From: Lama glama
Taxonomy: Eukaryota
Direction of reading: 5' to 3'
Length of the DNA stretch: 64,000 bases
Assembly (NCBI GenBank): GCA_028534125.1
Contig: CM052817.1
Coordinates: forward strand, 58,034,001 to 58,098,000
The notes below the pieces were generated by a model. That model was not told the DNA's origin. It saw only the letters and a list, made by a program, of their open reading frames with translations, and ran no database searches. The position numbers were made by a program, and so were the translations under genes. Numbering within the stretch: position 1 is the stretch's first letter; each line of letters starts with the position of its first letter. Positions 14,711 through 27,810 of the stretch are shown in pieces.

Positions 14711-15371
14711 TGACTTTTCCCTATATTTGTCATTTTTCTTTCTTTTTTTCATTAGGAGGGAACTATGCTAAGTAACCCACTGGCCTTTCTCTACCTTCAC
14801 ATTAGTTCTTCCCCTGGGAGAAGTAGTGATTTAATTTGACAGGAGTTTGAAATGAGAAACTGGGCATGTTGTTCACCCCTTCCTACTAACCTTTTTCTTT
14901 CTCAAGGAAGCATCCATTGATTTCACCTCTGTTTATCTAACTAGTCATAAAAAGTAATTTCTATGTTAGTAATAATTTAAATTTAACTTTTCAAGAAAGT
15001 AAAGATGAACTTTGTCATTAGGTATCTTCCCATATGATAAAGAGTATACTTATATTAATTTTTAAATTATTCACCAAAAACAAACAAAAGTATCTTTTAA
15101 AAATCACTTAAGGTTGGCATATAGGTCCTAGGGATCTGTAAACAATGAGTTTGAGTAATGCTTAATGCTAAAAATGCTAAAAAATATATACTCAATAGTA
15201 AGTAATACTAATAAAATAAATAATTTATTGTAAAAATGAGGCCTTTTCTTTCTACAACTTTTTGGTATTCTGTTAAACTCAGACATTCAAAAGATTTGAA
15301 ATTTACATGTAAATAATTAAACACAGATGTATCTTGATTAAAAGGGCAATTCTATTAATTTTTAAACACTT

Positions 15372-16121
15372 TGATTTATGTCAAAGAGTGCTCTGCCTAC
15401 GTTCTTCCTCTAGGAGTTTTATAGTATCTGGTCTTACATTTACATCTTTAACCCATTTTGAGTTTATTTTTGTATGTGGTTTTAGAGAATGTTCCAGTTT
15501 CACTCTTTTACATGTAACTGTCTAGTTTTCCCAGCACTAGTTATTGAAGAGACTCTTTTCTCCACTGTATATTCTTCATCTTTGTCATGAGTTTATTTCT
15601 GGGCTTTCTATCCTGTTCCACTGATCTATGTGTCTGTTTTTTGTGATAGTACCATGCCGTTGATAGTACTCAGCCATAAAAAAGAATGAAATAATGCCAT
15701 TTGCAGTAACATGGATAGACCTAGAGATTATCATGCAGAGTGAAGGAAATCAGACAAAGAAAAATATCATATGATATCACTTATGTGTGGAATGTAAAAA
15801 AAATGATATAAATGAATTTATTTACATAGACATTTACATAGACTCACAGACATAGAAAATAAATTTGTGGCTACCAAAGGTGAGGGGAAGGATAAATTAA
15901 GAGTTTGGGATTAACAGATACACACTACTATATATAAAATAGGTAAACAACCAGAACTAGTGTATAGCACAGGGAAGTATATTCAATATCTTGTAATAAC
16001 ATACAATGGAAAAGAATCTTAAAATATATATATATATGTAACTGAATCACTTTGCTGTACCCCAGAAACTGACACTACATTGTAAATCAACTATACTTCA
16101 ATATAAAAATAAATAAAATGC
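15372..16121 (+). mobile_element. 5'-truncated, 5'-inverted L1 with target-site duplication
   Basis: ~15372-15661 is antisense ORF2 sequence; ~15662-16118 is sense 3' end ('tactcagccataaaaaagaatgaaataatgccatttgcag' to 'tgtaaatcaactatacttcaat' plus A-rich tail); 'taaacactt' at 15363-15371 and 16122-16130. Confidence 0.9.
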
Positions 16122-16746
16122 TAAACACTTAATATTTTCACATTTTGTTGAATGCAAATTTATACATATTGACCTAACCAAACTATTGACCAAAGGTGAA
16201 GCTAGACTTTGAAAAAGAAACTAGAGGTGAATTCTTGTGATACTTGTTTATTTTGCTCTTTAGAAGCAGAGAGACCTCCTTTTAAACATTTTCTGTTGTG
16301 TATGTATGTTCATTCAGCCATATTTATCTCACCCATGCACTCACAATTTAATTGTCTACAAACATTACATAGCATTGTTTAACTCATTAATGTGACTCTT
16401 CATCTGTTACCTGATAAGCTACTAGGGGACTGTGAGATCACTGTCTTGGATACTAACCAACTGCTGTTGCCTTCATGGAAGTAGGAAGATGCTTGTCATA
16501 TTATATGTTCCTTGGGAGAAAAAATTAGTCAATCTTTATCTTGAACAATTTTCCACAAATATTGTTTGTGCTTAGCTTGGTTTGTTTTATGTTCACTGTT
16601 GAAAAATCACAAAAGTTTAAAAACTATGAAAGAGGGTGCTTATTATGAAACAAATCACTGTCATATGCCTGTCTTTTTGCAGAAGACTATTAAATAAACA
16701 ATAGTTTAAAATAAAACAACAAAAGAAAAAAGAGTCTATTTTAAAC

Positions 16747-16772
16747 CACACACACACACACACACACACACA
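16747..16772 (+). repeat. (CA)n microsatellite
   Basis: Directly visible. Confidence 0.95.
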
Positions 16773-17369
16773 AACACTTTATATGAATCATCTGGTGATA
16801 CAATAGCTGGAACAATAGTAGAATATGAAAGCAATAAATTTGTTCCAATTTAACCTTCTTATTCTACTCTTTTAAGTCAGTGTTTTAATTGATTCCCTGA
16901 CATTCAGAGGCTTCCAGTCAGAGGCGGTACTCTCAGACCACTTCACAGATCCATGCAGTGGTTCAACTTTTTAAATGATGATGAAAATGGAACACATCTA
17001 TTCCAGCTTCCTGTTTCATAAAAGAGGATAAACAATTTGTTGTGACCTGAATTGTGAAGGGGAGACTCACTTGCTTTAAAATATCTCTTTCAGGATTAAG
17101 CAAGTGAAATTGCAAGATTCCTAAAAGTAGAGAGTAAGGATTCATTAACGGATTTCGGAAGATTTGGCTGTTACTGTTTTATTGTTGTTGTTTAAGAGCC
17201 ATTTGTTAAAACAGAAATGCCTTTTAGAAAATAAAATTATTCTCTGTATGTGTTTACATTATTATAATACTGAATCTTAATAACAAGTCTTGAGGTTTCT
17301 ACAAAAATGACATAAGAGTTGAATATTTGAAAGGGAGAGTACTTGGAAGAAAGATATGGGATTAGTCCC

Positions 17370-17734
17370 TGTAAGCTGGGGATCTAAGATAGTTATTAGG
17401 GGTAAATATTTCCCATTCTCCACTTTCTAGGCTCTTTGTAGGACTGTGTTTCCTGTGGCCCTAATAGTTGGGTGAATCATATGACTAGTTTTGGCCAAGG
17501 AATGCAAATGGAAATAGTGTGCACTACTTTTATGTCAGAACATAAGACTCCCTGTCATCCTCCTTCCTTTTGACCTGGTCATATAATGTTCCAGAAGTGG
17601 GTGAGCTGACTGCTCTGGAACTCCCAGTCAATTCTCAAAGGACCTGTACCTTGAAAGAAAACTAAACCTTTTGTTTTCAAGCACTGTGATTGAGTTTATT
17701 ATGCAGCATAACAAAGTCCAATCTGATTAATACA
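17370..17734 (+). mobile_element. MaLR solo LTR (MLT1I/J-like)
   Basis: 'catatgactagttttggccaaggaatg...taaaccttttgttttcaagcactg...gcagcataac...ctgattaataca'; tg...ca ends. Confidence 0.75.
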
Positions 17735-20534
17735 CATGACAACGCTTCAATAACTTCACAGTATTTCTAAGACCTGACTTTCCCTGAAGATGTGAATGTT
17801 TAGTCAAACTTTATGGACTTTATCTCATATACAAATATAGAATGATGAGGTGATTTTTTATCTCTGTATCCTTTCACAATTTAAAACATTTCCACATATA
17901 CTATCTCACTTATTTTGTAAAATAGTCCTCTTAGAAAACTTGAGGAATTATTTTTTTTTATTATCACTGTTTATGCATTAGAAGATTAAAAACAATTGAG
18001 TAATTTGGTATTTAGTCACAGAGCCAAGACATAAATACTCGGATACTTTACGATTTGTTCTTCCTCTCTCCATCACTCTCTTTTTCCAAGATCATTGTAA
18101 GCATTGTGAATACCCAAAAGGTCTAATGCAGTCAGAAACTTAATAGACCAGATCCTATAATGGGGAGTTATACAAACTAAAATATACATTAGGATGAAGT
18201 CTATGACCATGGAGGAACTTAATTAGAGAGCCAGGATCCTTACAGGTAATAAAGATATACTGATTTTGTGCAAGAGGGAACTAGTAACAAATAATGCATA
18301 TTGTGAATAACCTCTTTATTAAAAATATGGGAAAACCACCAGGGATACTGGTTATACAGTCCTCTCAAAAGTAGAGTTATATTTTCTTGAAATTAGGAGT
18401 ATGGAAATCATGCAGTAGAACTGAGGACACTAGTTTTGTCATTTTTATTGGGGGCCACTGGAACTCTCTGCATTTTTGTGAATCCTAAGAGAATTCTTGA
18501 AAATTAGTAAATAATTACTGATTAGAATGGGGGTGAGATAAGGGAGCAGTAGAGGACTAACAAAAGTACAATAGGAGTATTTATTTTTTGGAAAAAAAGA
18601 GGCAAAACCACAAATATAACAAATCCTGGGCATTCCTTAACATCTATCATGCTGTCAAAATTGTATGAATTTTGCCTAAATGGATGTTTAAGATTTGGTG
18701 TTCATAGGAAGTGCTTCCAGGATGTGAAGAAAAGCCTATCCTTTTTCTTAAGAGGAGAGAAACTGTTAAATGTTTATAGAAACACAGTGGTGCTTCTGCA
18801 GGGGAACATCCCACTAGCCTCACATCCACCCAGGTGTGAATCACAAAGCCTACATGTGCGATTTCCATCACAATGGAAATAAGGAATAAATAAGGTTGTT
18901 AAATGTCAGCCACCTTAGATGAACCGCTTTAACATTCTTCTCTTCAAAGACAGTCTTGGATTTTTGTTACTCATCAAGCTTATTTTTTGAAACAGCACTT
19001 CGATGGGATATCTCAGCTTGAATATCGATTTAAGATTCAAGATAAAGTGATATCTCATTTACCAGGTTTTTGTAGTAAATATGAAGTATGCACATGGACC
19101 ATTTAAATATTTGTGTTTTCTCTCATAACTTAGAGCATGGGCTTGCAAAACAGTCACTCAAAAGTCTCTTCAATTTAATTGTTCCATGCCGTGAATTACC
19201 TGTGTATATATGGATGCAGAGTAAGAAGCTTTTCCATCTGAAGGGATTAAGAAACATTTCATTAATACTAGAAATCTATACTCCAGCTTTAGCGTATTGG
19301 CACCTGTGCCTGCACCTGTTTAAGGATCAGAAAAGGAATATCTGACACTTTCAGGTTTGGGGGACGTAAAGAATAAGATTTTCCTGACCTCGGCAAGAAC
19401 AAGGCATAAGAATATGTAACTCTGATACTAGCCATATGTTCCATTTCCCAGTTCTTAAGTTTTCCTTCAGTACAGCTGATTAATTAGATTTTTAAAAATT
19501 CAGGCAATTTACACCTGTAGTATCATACATCCCTTGAGGCTGATGGGCCTGAAATCCTCAGGATGTTAAGAGATCCTGCAGGGTAGGAGCAGGAGGGGGC
19601 GAGGACAATTCCCTGATCTGGTGCAGTCGCACTTTTTAATAACGCTCTGGCTTATGTAAATGTCCCGCTAAGGGGAATGAGTTCTGGAGTACAAGTCTCA
19701 CTAAGTGCTGGAGGCATATGGGTGTGACAGTAAAAGACATTTCTGAAAGCTCTGCTCTGGTTAAAGCTTCAGCCAGCGTAGTTTTTAATCACACCCTGTG
19801 AAAACAACTGGTGGACACCAGGGAGCACAGAGTATATCTGAGTGTGAGAGGATAGGCCCGCAGGGATGGTGAAAGAGTCGAACTTAGGCACATCAGTGCT
19901 CTAATAGGAAGTCTAGTTTCCTTCACATAGTCAGTGTCAATAGCTGAGAAGGAGATTGGGGAGGAGGCTGTCGTGTGGAACCCACAGCGAGTGTGAGTGA
20001 GAACACTGATTAAAGAGAAAATCTCTTCTCAAGTTTAAAAAAAAAACAACTGCTTAATTCAAGTACTGTGAATACATGAATATATTTTAGTTTAATAGTT
20101 CTAAGACAGTTGTTTTCATTGTTAACCAGTGGGTTGCAGAGTGTTACAGGAAACTTAAAAATCTGAACAAATATTTCAAAACTTGTCCTAATAACTCAGA
20201 GATTGAATTTGAAGTGGCAACCAGTTTCTCGAACTTCTAATTTATCTTTCTTCCCAGGAAATGATAACACCTTAAGTACAGTAATGAAGTAAACGAATTC
20301 TTAGTTTTAATTTTTCTCACAATATATGTGGGGGTTTTTCTTGGTTGACAGTTATTAGAAGCAATAAAAAAGCCACTGGCATCCAAAACTTACTGTGGTC
20401 ATCACTGGCAAAGCTACCATAAACTTTCTCTTAATAAAAATCAATCGTTCAATTTTCCATATCAGTGAACAAGAACATTCATCCGGAAAATGAAATTTAT
20501 GAATACTCTATCCATCTAGATGAGATGGCATCTC

Positions 20535-20690
20535 GGCAATGAGGGATGCAAAGAGCTCTGGAAAAGCAATATGTAGATCTGGGTTTCAGTTCTTCTCTGC
20601 CTTTTACACTGTAACTGGGACACTGGGGAAATGTAGTGCCACAGTTCCTTGTCCGTAATGTTAGAACTAAATTCTTTTTTAATTTCATGA
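20535..20690 (+). mobile_element. MIR SINE fragment
   Basis: 'agagctctgga...agatctgggtttcagttcttctctgcc...cagttccttgtccgtaa'. Confidence 0.6.
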
Positions 20691-20964
20691 ACTATGAAGT
20701 TCTATGAACTATGAGTTGAGTGCTACAGCGGTGTCTACAGCTACCTGATGTAACCCCACTCTGAACAGTAAAGGTCCCTAAGTTTCTAAAGCCTTTCACG
20801 TGATTCAAATGGCAGACTATCACCTGGACTGAGGGGGAAATAACTATTAATTGGAGGTTTTCAGACCCTTCATTAGCATTCCCATCACTCATTCACTGTC
20901 TGTGATAAGCCTAGATCAACACCTAAAACTATGGGAGATGATGCTAAGAAATGCTCTCAGTGTA

Positions 20965-21100
20965 AATGTATTCATTTGCTAATTTAATCAAACATTCAAC
21001 AAGTATTTATTGAGCAATAATTATTTGTAAGGCACCATTTTACATAGACTGTATACAAGAGGAAATTCTGTGCTCTCACAGAGCTTATGTTATATTAAAC
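20965..21100 (-). mobile_element. L2 3' end fragment
   Basis: 'cattcaacaagtatttattgagc...tgctctcacagagcttatgtt'. Confidence 0.6.
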
Positions 21101-23359
21101 ACTAATAAGGTTCATAGCAAGGGTCTTTAGAGCCATGTATCAGGAGTCTGATTTGGGAAGAGACCCCAACTGAGACATTACTGCCAAAGAGAAGAAGGCC
21201 ATGGCCTTAACAAGGCACGGTGTAAGGCATAGCTGCTGAAATTCACCAACAACCAAAATTGGACCATAAGTTTTGAAAATATATGTTCCCTAATGTGTCA
21301 ATATTAATTATGTCAGGGAAAAGTAATTGGAATATCATTAAGTCCAGAATAGTGTTTCAGGTCTAAAAGAAAATTATTGATTATTTAAGAATTTATCATT
21401 AACTGTGAGTGTACAAAACCAGAAATACACAATATTTATACCAGGTAGCTTTTGTTGAGAATTCTATGCCTTTTTGTTGCTGTTGTTCCTTTGTTTTTTC
21501 TACTCTCTCTAGCCCCAATTTTTAGCATTCTCTCATTCTTTTCTGAGATTCTGGTGCCTCGAATATCCAGTTCTAGAGAAAATATTCTGATGAATACATT
21601 TACAACAGATGTCAGAGGATTGGTTAAAATATATCTAAAGGTGAATGCAAATTTTAAGGAGCAAATGGAGGAAGGCAATGCATAACATAATGAATATTTT
21701 GTTAATAGTAGACTCAGGCATACAGGGAGAAGCTGTTTTGGGGAGGAAGACTATGTAGAGGGGTCTCTAATTTGCTTATGAGTAATGACATCTATGGTAC
21801 TTCCATATCTGTTTTTTTAGTTCATTACACAAACAGTTATTGAACATTCTTTACATGATAGCTCTGCTGGTGGACATACCCACACGCAGACACACAATTC
21901 CTACTTTTACGGACCTCATAGTGAGAGTAGCAACTGCCCTGGTCTGCCAGTACCTTCTCTCTGTTATTTACCAACATGTGTTTACCCTAGGATAAGCCAA
22001 TTATTATTATTTACATTCTAGTCAGCCATTATCATTGGTCTAATGAGGGATAGAAGAGGCAATGGACCAATGGTTACTTTCTGAGGATTTTTAGATGGTA
22101 TTTGAAGCTAAGTAACTTCATACTAGTGCCTACAAGAAGACAGACAAACTCTCCTGGTGTGATCTCCACAACTGCCCTGGATCCAAGATAGACTGGGGAT
22201 CAACTAGATTGATCAGCTCTTCTCTCTATTCTTGGAAAAATACTGGTATCTTATCTACATTCTCTTATTTTAATTCAATCGAAGAACTTAAATTTTAACA
22301 GAAAGTGTACATAGAACTAAGGTGCTAACCAAATCATTATGAATATTACAATGTGTGCCATGGAAGAAAAATGACAGGGAGTTAATGAGCCTGTGTAAAC
22401 AGGGATAAAACAATCTGCAGGGTTAATAGTAGGTATCTTTAAGAAAATGACATTAAATGTGTGTTATATTCCAGGTAAATGAAAGAAATGGGTCTAAAAA
22501 TTGCCCGTTCTTCATTTATTTATTTATTTAGTATTCGAACGTAGCCTTGTTAGTATGATTTCAATGCCATTTTCCTGAAACAAATCATGGAAACTTTAGG
22601 TCTCTGAAACCCAGTTTCCTAGCAATTTAGTATCTTCCGGAGTTTTGATGACTGATGGAGTAAGGGGCAGTGAAGAATATTATATGATACCACTTGAATT
22701 CATCCTGCTATAGACGTAAACCTTCCACCTGGGAAGTATTTCAGAATCTACAATTAGGAGAAGAAGAACACAAAGTTCTCTTTGTCTATCTTTTACCAAT
22801 TTGTTCCGTCTTAAGGCAGACTCACAGAATTCTTCTACCTAGCAGACCTGAGTTCAGAAGCCATGTTGCCTGGGAAGGAAATGCTAAGTAGGTGATTCTT
22901 CTTGTGTGTTGGTAGGAGAACAAGAAATGTTCTCTGCACAGAATTGGGAGTAAAGTTGGTGATGTGTACTCAGCTGTTTTCCCCTTGCAGTAATCCCAAC
23001 CAGTGAAGATAGTTAAAAAATAAAGCTATAATCTGGATCTAAAAGTTTAGAGACTATGAGACAGTTATAATCTTCTAGAACACTTGTTACTTTGGAATAA
23101 ACCCTTTTTTTTATGAGAAAGAATGAAATCATTTTGGATCATTGTCTCTTTATTATATTATCACATCTTTAAGATACATCTTGCAATAAAAAAAATGTTG
23201 AGAACAACGATTGAAAATAAAGCACCAGATTTATGACTAGAGCCATAAAAATACCTTTTTTAGTTTAAAAAGGCAAACTTTTTGTTTATGTTTAGATCAT
23301 TGATCAGTTTGCATTATAACCAGTTTATTCATAATTAGCAAGAACTATTATCTACCCAT

Positions 23360-23570
23360 CACTTACTTAATGTTTTCCAGGAAACATTAGCTTCATTTAA
23401 TCCTAGTAGCAATTCCATGAGGCCACTATTATTATCACTACTGCCAATTTTAGAAACGAAGAAATGGAGAGTTTAAATAGCTTGATAAAGGTCAAAGAAT
23501 TGATAAGTATTGGAGGTATAATAAAAATTTCTATCAGATGCCAAAGCCCATGCTTCTCCCCCAGTACTAA
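23360..23570 (-). mobile_element. MIR SINE
   Basis: 'ttcatttaatcct...ccaattttagaaacgaagaaatggag...cttgataaaggtca...ccaaagcccatgct'. Confidence 0.65.
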
Positions 23571-23844
23571 CCTGACTTCTAGGAGTTAAGTGTAACTTTT
23601 AACATCATACATGTGTTTGTATTTATTCCTTCATTTATGTTGGCATCTGCAAATTAAAAAAAACAAACAAACAAACTTCCAGCCAACTCACACTGCAAAG
23701 AGGATAATAGGGTTATGGCGAGATACTCCCAACATTTATAAATAAGATTGCCCTCAGGAGAGTTCAATTCATCAAATCCGACTAGAATGGTTATGATCAG
23801 CCACCTGCACTAGAAAATCAGAATATTGCCTGTAGGGAAAAAGG

Positions 23845-24205
23845 AGTCCGACAGGCTCCCTCGCTGGACGTCTGGTGCTAGTGGCGCAGCAATATTATCC
23901 CGCATGCGCAGTACCACTGTATTGTTGTTAATGACGGGCGCTGCGCAAGCGCTGGGTGACCCTCGGGGTTCACGTAGTTGGCTAGATGGCGGCTTTGTTT
24001 GCTTTGCTGAATAAGGCGGCCAGGACATGCTGCCGCCACCGCCGCTGCCGCCGCCGCCACCGCCATTGAAGCCTGTGTGTTCTGCTCGGCAATAAAGGCA
24101 CGTCAGAGATACCGACGGCTCCTCGGCTCCTCGAGTGTTCTTCGGTCAGCTGGAACCCATGAACCCGTGAACCTGAAAGGCCTGCAGCACCTCAGGCGCC
24201 TGCAA
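23845..24205. promoter_or_regulatory. Small CpG island / candidate promoter
   Basis: The densest CpG cluster in the window. NRF1-type sites cgcatgcgca (23901-10) and tgcgcaagcgc (23942-52); YY1-type agatggcggc (23984-93) and ccgccatt (24060-67); CRE/E-box-like cacgtca (24099-105); splice donor gtgagt at 24223. Confidence 0.75.
24029..24065 (+). repeat. Interrupted (GCC)n trinucleotide repeat
   Basis: gctgccgccaccgccgctgccgccgccgccaccgcca. Confidence 0.9.
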
Positions 24206-26639
24206 AGCACTGCCCATTGATTGTGAGTTAATGTTAAGAACACAGGAGATCTGACAATCCCCCCAGAGACAATACTGCTTGTATGTATAATCTACCACAC
24301 AGAGATGGACCTGGTTGAACCTATTTGGAAGAAGACTGTGGGAGCAGAAAGGTGCTGAGCCTTGGGCGCATGAGAGAAGGAACCTCTCAGGAGTAAACAG
24401 TGGCTGGGCATCCACTCCACTCCCTGCTCTGGATGGAATGAATCTTTGCTAAGCAGGCTCAAGTATGAAGGTGTCCTTTGCAAGAGTATCCCTCTGGTAG
24501 GTGAAACAACTCAGGCTGCCTTAGCTAACTGTCACTTAAGATAAACTACTTCTCTTGTTCTGATGCGAAGCTTACTACTGCAGTTGGCCAACTCAAGTAT
24601 TCTGGTCAAATCAATGGTTGTAAAGTAGTGAATGTATTGATGTTCTGGTTTATGTGTCAACCTTTGTGTGCTGGTTAATATGTCTGTTTCTGCAAATGAG
24701 AGAAAATGAGAAGTTCTCTCTTGTTATGCAGCTCAGACCCTGACCATGGTGAATCAACCAAGGTAAAGTCCAGTTTCTGGAAACTTACTGAACAAGCAAA
24801 CACTTATGACCATGTTATCCTCTTTTCATTTTATCTTTCACATTTTTTAAGACTTTCACACTTTATACATATCTTGATAACTATATTATGGGTACCAAAA
24901 AAAAAACATTTAGGAGAAGTTGCCTGTTGACACATTTTGGGTACTTCACACTGGCTTAAATCATGTATTCATTTGCTAAGGGATTTTCTCTTATCCTCTA
25001 ATTGCACCCACCTGAGGTAGGTATTGACTAAGAAAGAAAGAATTTTGCAAAAGTTTTGTTTATACATATATTTCTAACTAAGATGCTTGTATAGTGTAAT
25101 GCAGAACCAAAAAAAAAAAAAGATTCAGTGAATTTGTGGTTTTCAAACTCATTTCAGAATTCTGTTAAAATTAATGATTTTACTCCTTTAACATGGTATA
25201 GCATAGAAAATTAATTTGATAATCGCTGTCTTTGAATTATATGAAAACTCCAGGTATTGGGGAGAAGCAGGATTCTGCTTCTACCACATGTGCTTGTCCA
25301 CACTGGCAATTACTCTCTTTATTACACTGGCAGTCTCTGAAGAGGAAGCTATGAAAGGCTATGCAAACTGAAACCTAAGGGACTGAGAGCAGAGGTCTCC
25401 TTTGAGGGCTGCCTCATGTATTGTACCTTCCCTCTTGTTATGTGGTTGCCTCCCCCTGCCAGGCCTCCACCCCTTCCTTCCTCCATCACTCCTCTCACTC
25501 CTAAGAACCACAGATGGAAAAGGCATGGCTCGCTGATGTTATGCAGTCATTAGCTCATGTATGCCACATTCCAAGGGACCCTTAGTTCTACCCTGCTAGC
25601 AAAGTGCTTAATTTAAAAACTGGGACTGGTGGTAGCCCATTGCTTCCTTTCCCTTTCCCTAGAACCCTGTTCTCTATCTGTTGCTCAACATGCAGTCAGG
25701 CAATTCAACATAAATGTCAGTGTGTTTTCTAAGCTGCAGAAGATGTTAGTCTATTCCACAGTAAATTAGCCCCACTATCCATTGGTAGCTATTTACTTTT
25801 ACTGAAGAGAAAAATAATACAGGCACATATGTACATGTAAAAATGCACCCTTATGGAAGCTCTGAGGGAAATAAAACAAAAAGAGGAAGAGAGAGAGCAG
25901 TTCTGGAAGGGGCACTTGATGGACAGAAGTGTCAGTGCTACAAAGTAAAATACTCAATAGGGAGGAAGATGGCTTGTTTCGGAATTCTTAAAGCTCTGGA
26001 ATCCTCAATTAGCTTGGTGGTTTGCCGATCAGAAAAGAAAATGACTAGAAATGCACTTGTGTTTGACTAAAACAGATTGCCTGAGAAAATCTGAAAGTCA
26101 AGACGTTTCCTGCTGGGTACCACATCACAACGCCCCGTATACTTTCTTTGCCTGGCTGGAAGCAATTGTAATCAGTAATTCTATATTGAAAAACAAATGT
26201 CATTTGGCAAATTACAAGTATCATTCAGACCAATGGCATATACAAATACCTATCAGAAGAAAAATGGTTGTTGCATTTTCCTATTTAGCATCAACAAACA
26301 ATAACTAGAACACCTTAAAGGACACTTGTATCTCAAAACATTTCTACCTTTTTTAAAGTTTATGTATGCTATTTGATTTGTCATCACTGTGAAATTTTTT
26401 TCACGTTGATGTCAGAGTGTCTGACGTCTCCTGCATGTTTTCACTTGCAAGAAGCCATAAGACAAATGAAAACCAAAAAAATGAGGCAGTATATCTAGAA
26501 CCTAGATATATTTTAACTCTCAGGTGGCTCTGTGCCTGCAAAAGAAACCCCCCTGCCCCCCCAAAAAAGAGAAAAAAACCCCCTGGATTTATAACATAGT
26601 TTTAAAAATTTAGATTTATTGTTTCATTTTCCTCTCATA

Positions 26640-26760
26640 AAAGTACTAACTTGTATAATTTCATTGTGCAGATGAAAAAGCGAAGCAGGAAAATAAAGTG
26701 GCCTGTTCATTGCCACGGGGCTACTCAGTGGATGAGTGGGCACAGCCCCAGAGAAAATTC
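26640..26760 (-). mobile_element. MIR fragment
   Basis: 'cattgtgcagatgaaaaagcgaagc...aagtggcctgttcattgccac'. Confidence 0.5.
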
Positions 26761-27361
26761 AATTCTTTGCTATGTAACCAAGTCTTTTTTTTGTCTCTCC
26801 TTCTCTTCCTTGGATATAGAAAACCTGCAATCTGGTAGCTGATCACAAAAGAGAAGGAGATAAGTTAATATAAGATGTTTTCTCAGTAAATAGAACTGTG
26901 AGCTCACATCACTAAAGATGAAGCTTTTCATAAAGAATGAAAGGTTTAAGTCTCTTAATTCCACCCGGAGGTTCAGATTAATTACCCTTTACCGTCAAGG
27001 TCACTGACAGTGTAAAGAATTTCCAGACCCCCCAGAGCCAAGTGTTATCTTTCTCATACAGCAGCCATTGATGCTTAAGTAAATCAATACATGGCAATTA
27101 GCAGGTAATAGGCATGATTTTTAAGTAGATATAAGATATGATGATCCTGCTGTAGTACACATCTGGCCAGCCGTGAGTGAACAACTGCTGCTGTCTTGTA
27201 ATAAAAGATCCATTTCAGTATACAGAGAAAAAGGGCCATCAAAAATTGGAAAAAAATCAAGGTACAGTATTCAAATTTTGCTGCTTTTAAAAAATTACGT
27301 GGTTGGATTTTGTATATTTTTGGAATAGCATTCCTCTAGAGAAGGGTGATTTCTGTAACGT

Positions 27362-27810
27362 GTTTTTTATTTTAATAGACGTATTTTGTAAAGCAGTTTT
27401 AAGTTTACAGAAAAATTGAGCAGAAAGTACAGAGAGGTAGGAGGGTATAGCTCAATAGTAGAGTGTGTGCTTAGCACGCATGAGGTCCTGGGTTCAATCC
27501 CGAGTACCTCCACTGAAAAAAAAAATGAACCTAATTACCTCCCCTAACCCTCCCCCCCAACAAAAATACACAGAGTTTCCATACACCCACTTACTTAGGC
27601 AAACACACACACCCACGCACACACACACACAACACATACACACACACAGTTTCCCCATTATTAATATCTGGTATTAGTGTGATATATTTGTTGCAACAAT
27701 ATCACTATACTATTCTTAATTAAAGTCCATAGTTTACATTAGGGTTCACTCTTTGTGTTGTACAATCCTGTGAATTTTGAGAAATGCATAATGCTAGGTG
27801 TCTGCCGTGT
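27362..27810 (-). mobile_element. L1MC-like 3' end, interrupted by a SINE
   Basis: 'gcagttttaagtttacagaaaaattgagcagaaagtacagag...aaagtccatagtttacattagggttcactctttgtgttgtaca'. Confidence 0.8.
27437..27562 (+). mobile_element. tRNA-Ala-derived SINE (camelid Vic-1 type)
   Basis: Head with A box (tagctcaatagt), AGC anticodon-like loop and B box (ggttcaatcc); then A run and 'aacctaattacctcccc' tail; TSD aaagtacagagag (27424-36) / aaaatacacagag (27563-75). Confidence 0.9.

Noticed and set aside
20686..20715. Short tandem duplications (also ~15165, ~34430, ~55572) and AT-only palindromes (~12387, ~46969, ~52443)
   Set aside because: Expected from slippage and chance in AT-rich DNA.
23878..24066. 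Poly-Ala ORF MAVAAAAAAVAAAC... on the minus strand
   Set aside because: A product of the GCC repeat, with no recognisable homology and no clear splice donor continuing it.
27437..27512. tRNA-Ala(AGC) gene
   Set aside because: Stems are degraded, it has the SINE tail and TSD, and it is inserted in an L1, so it is a SINE head.
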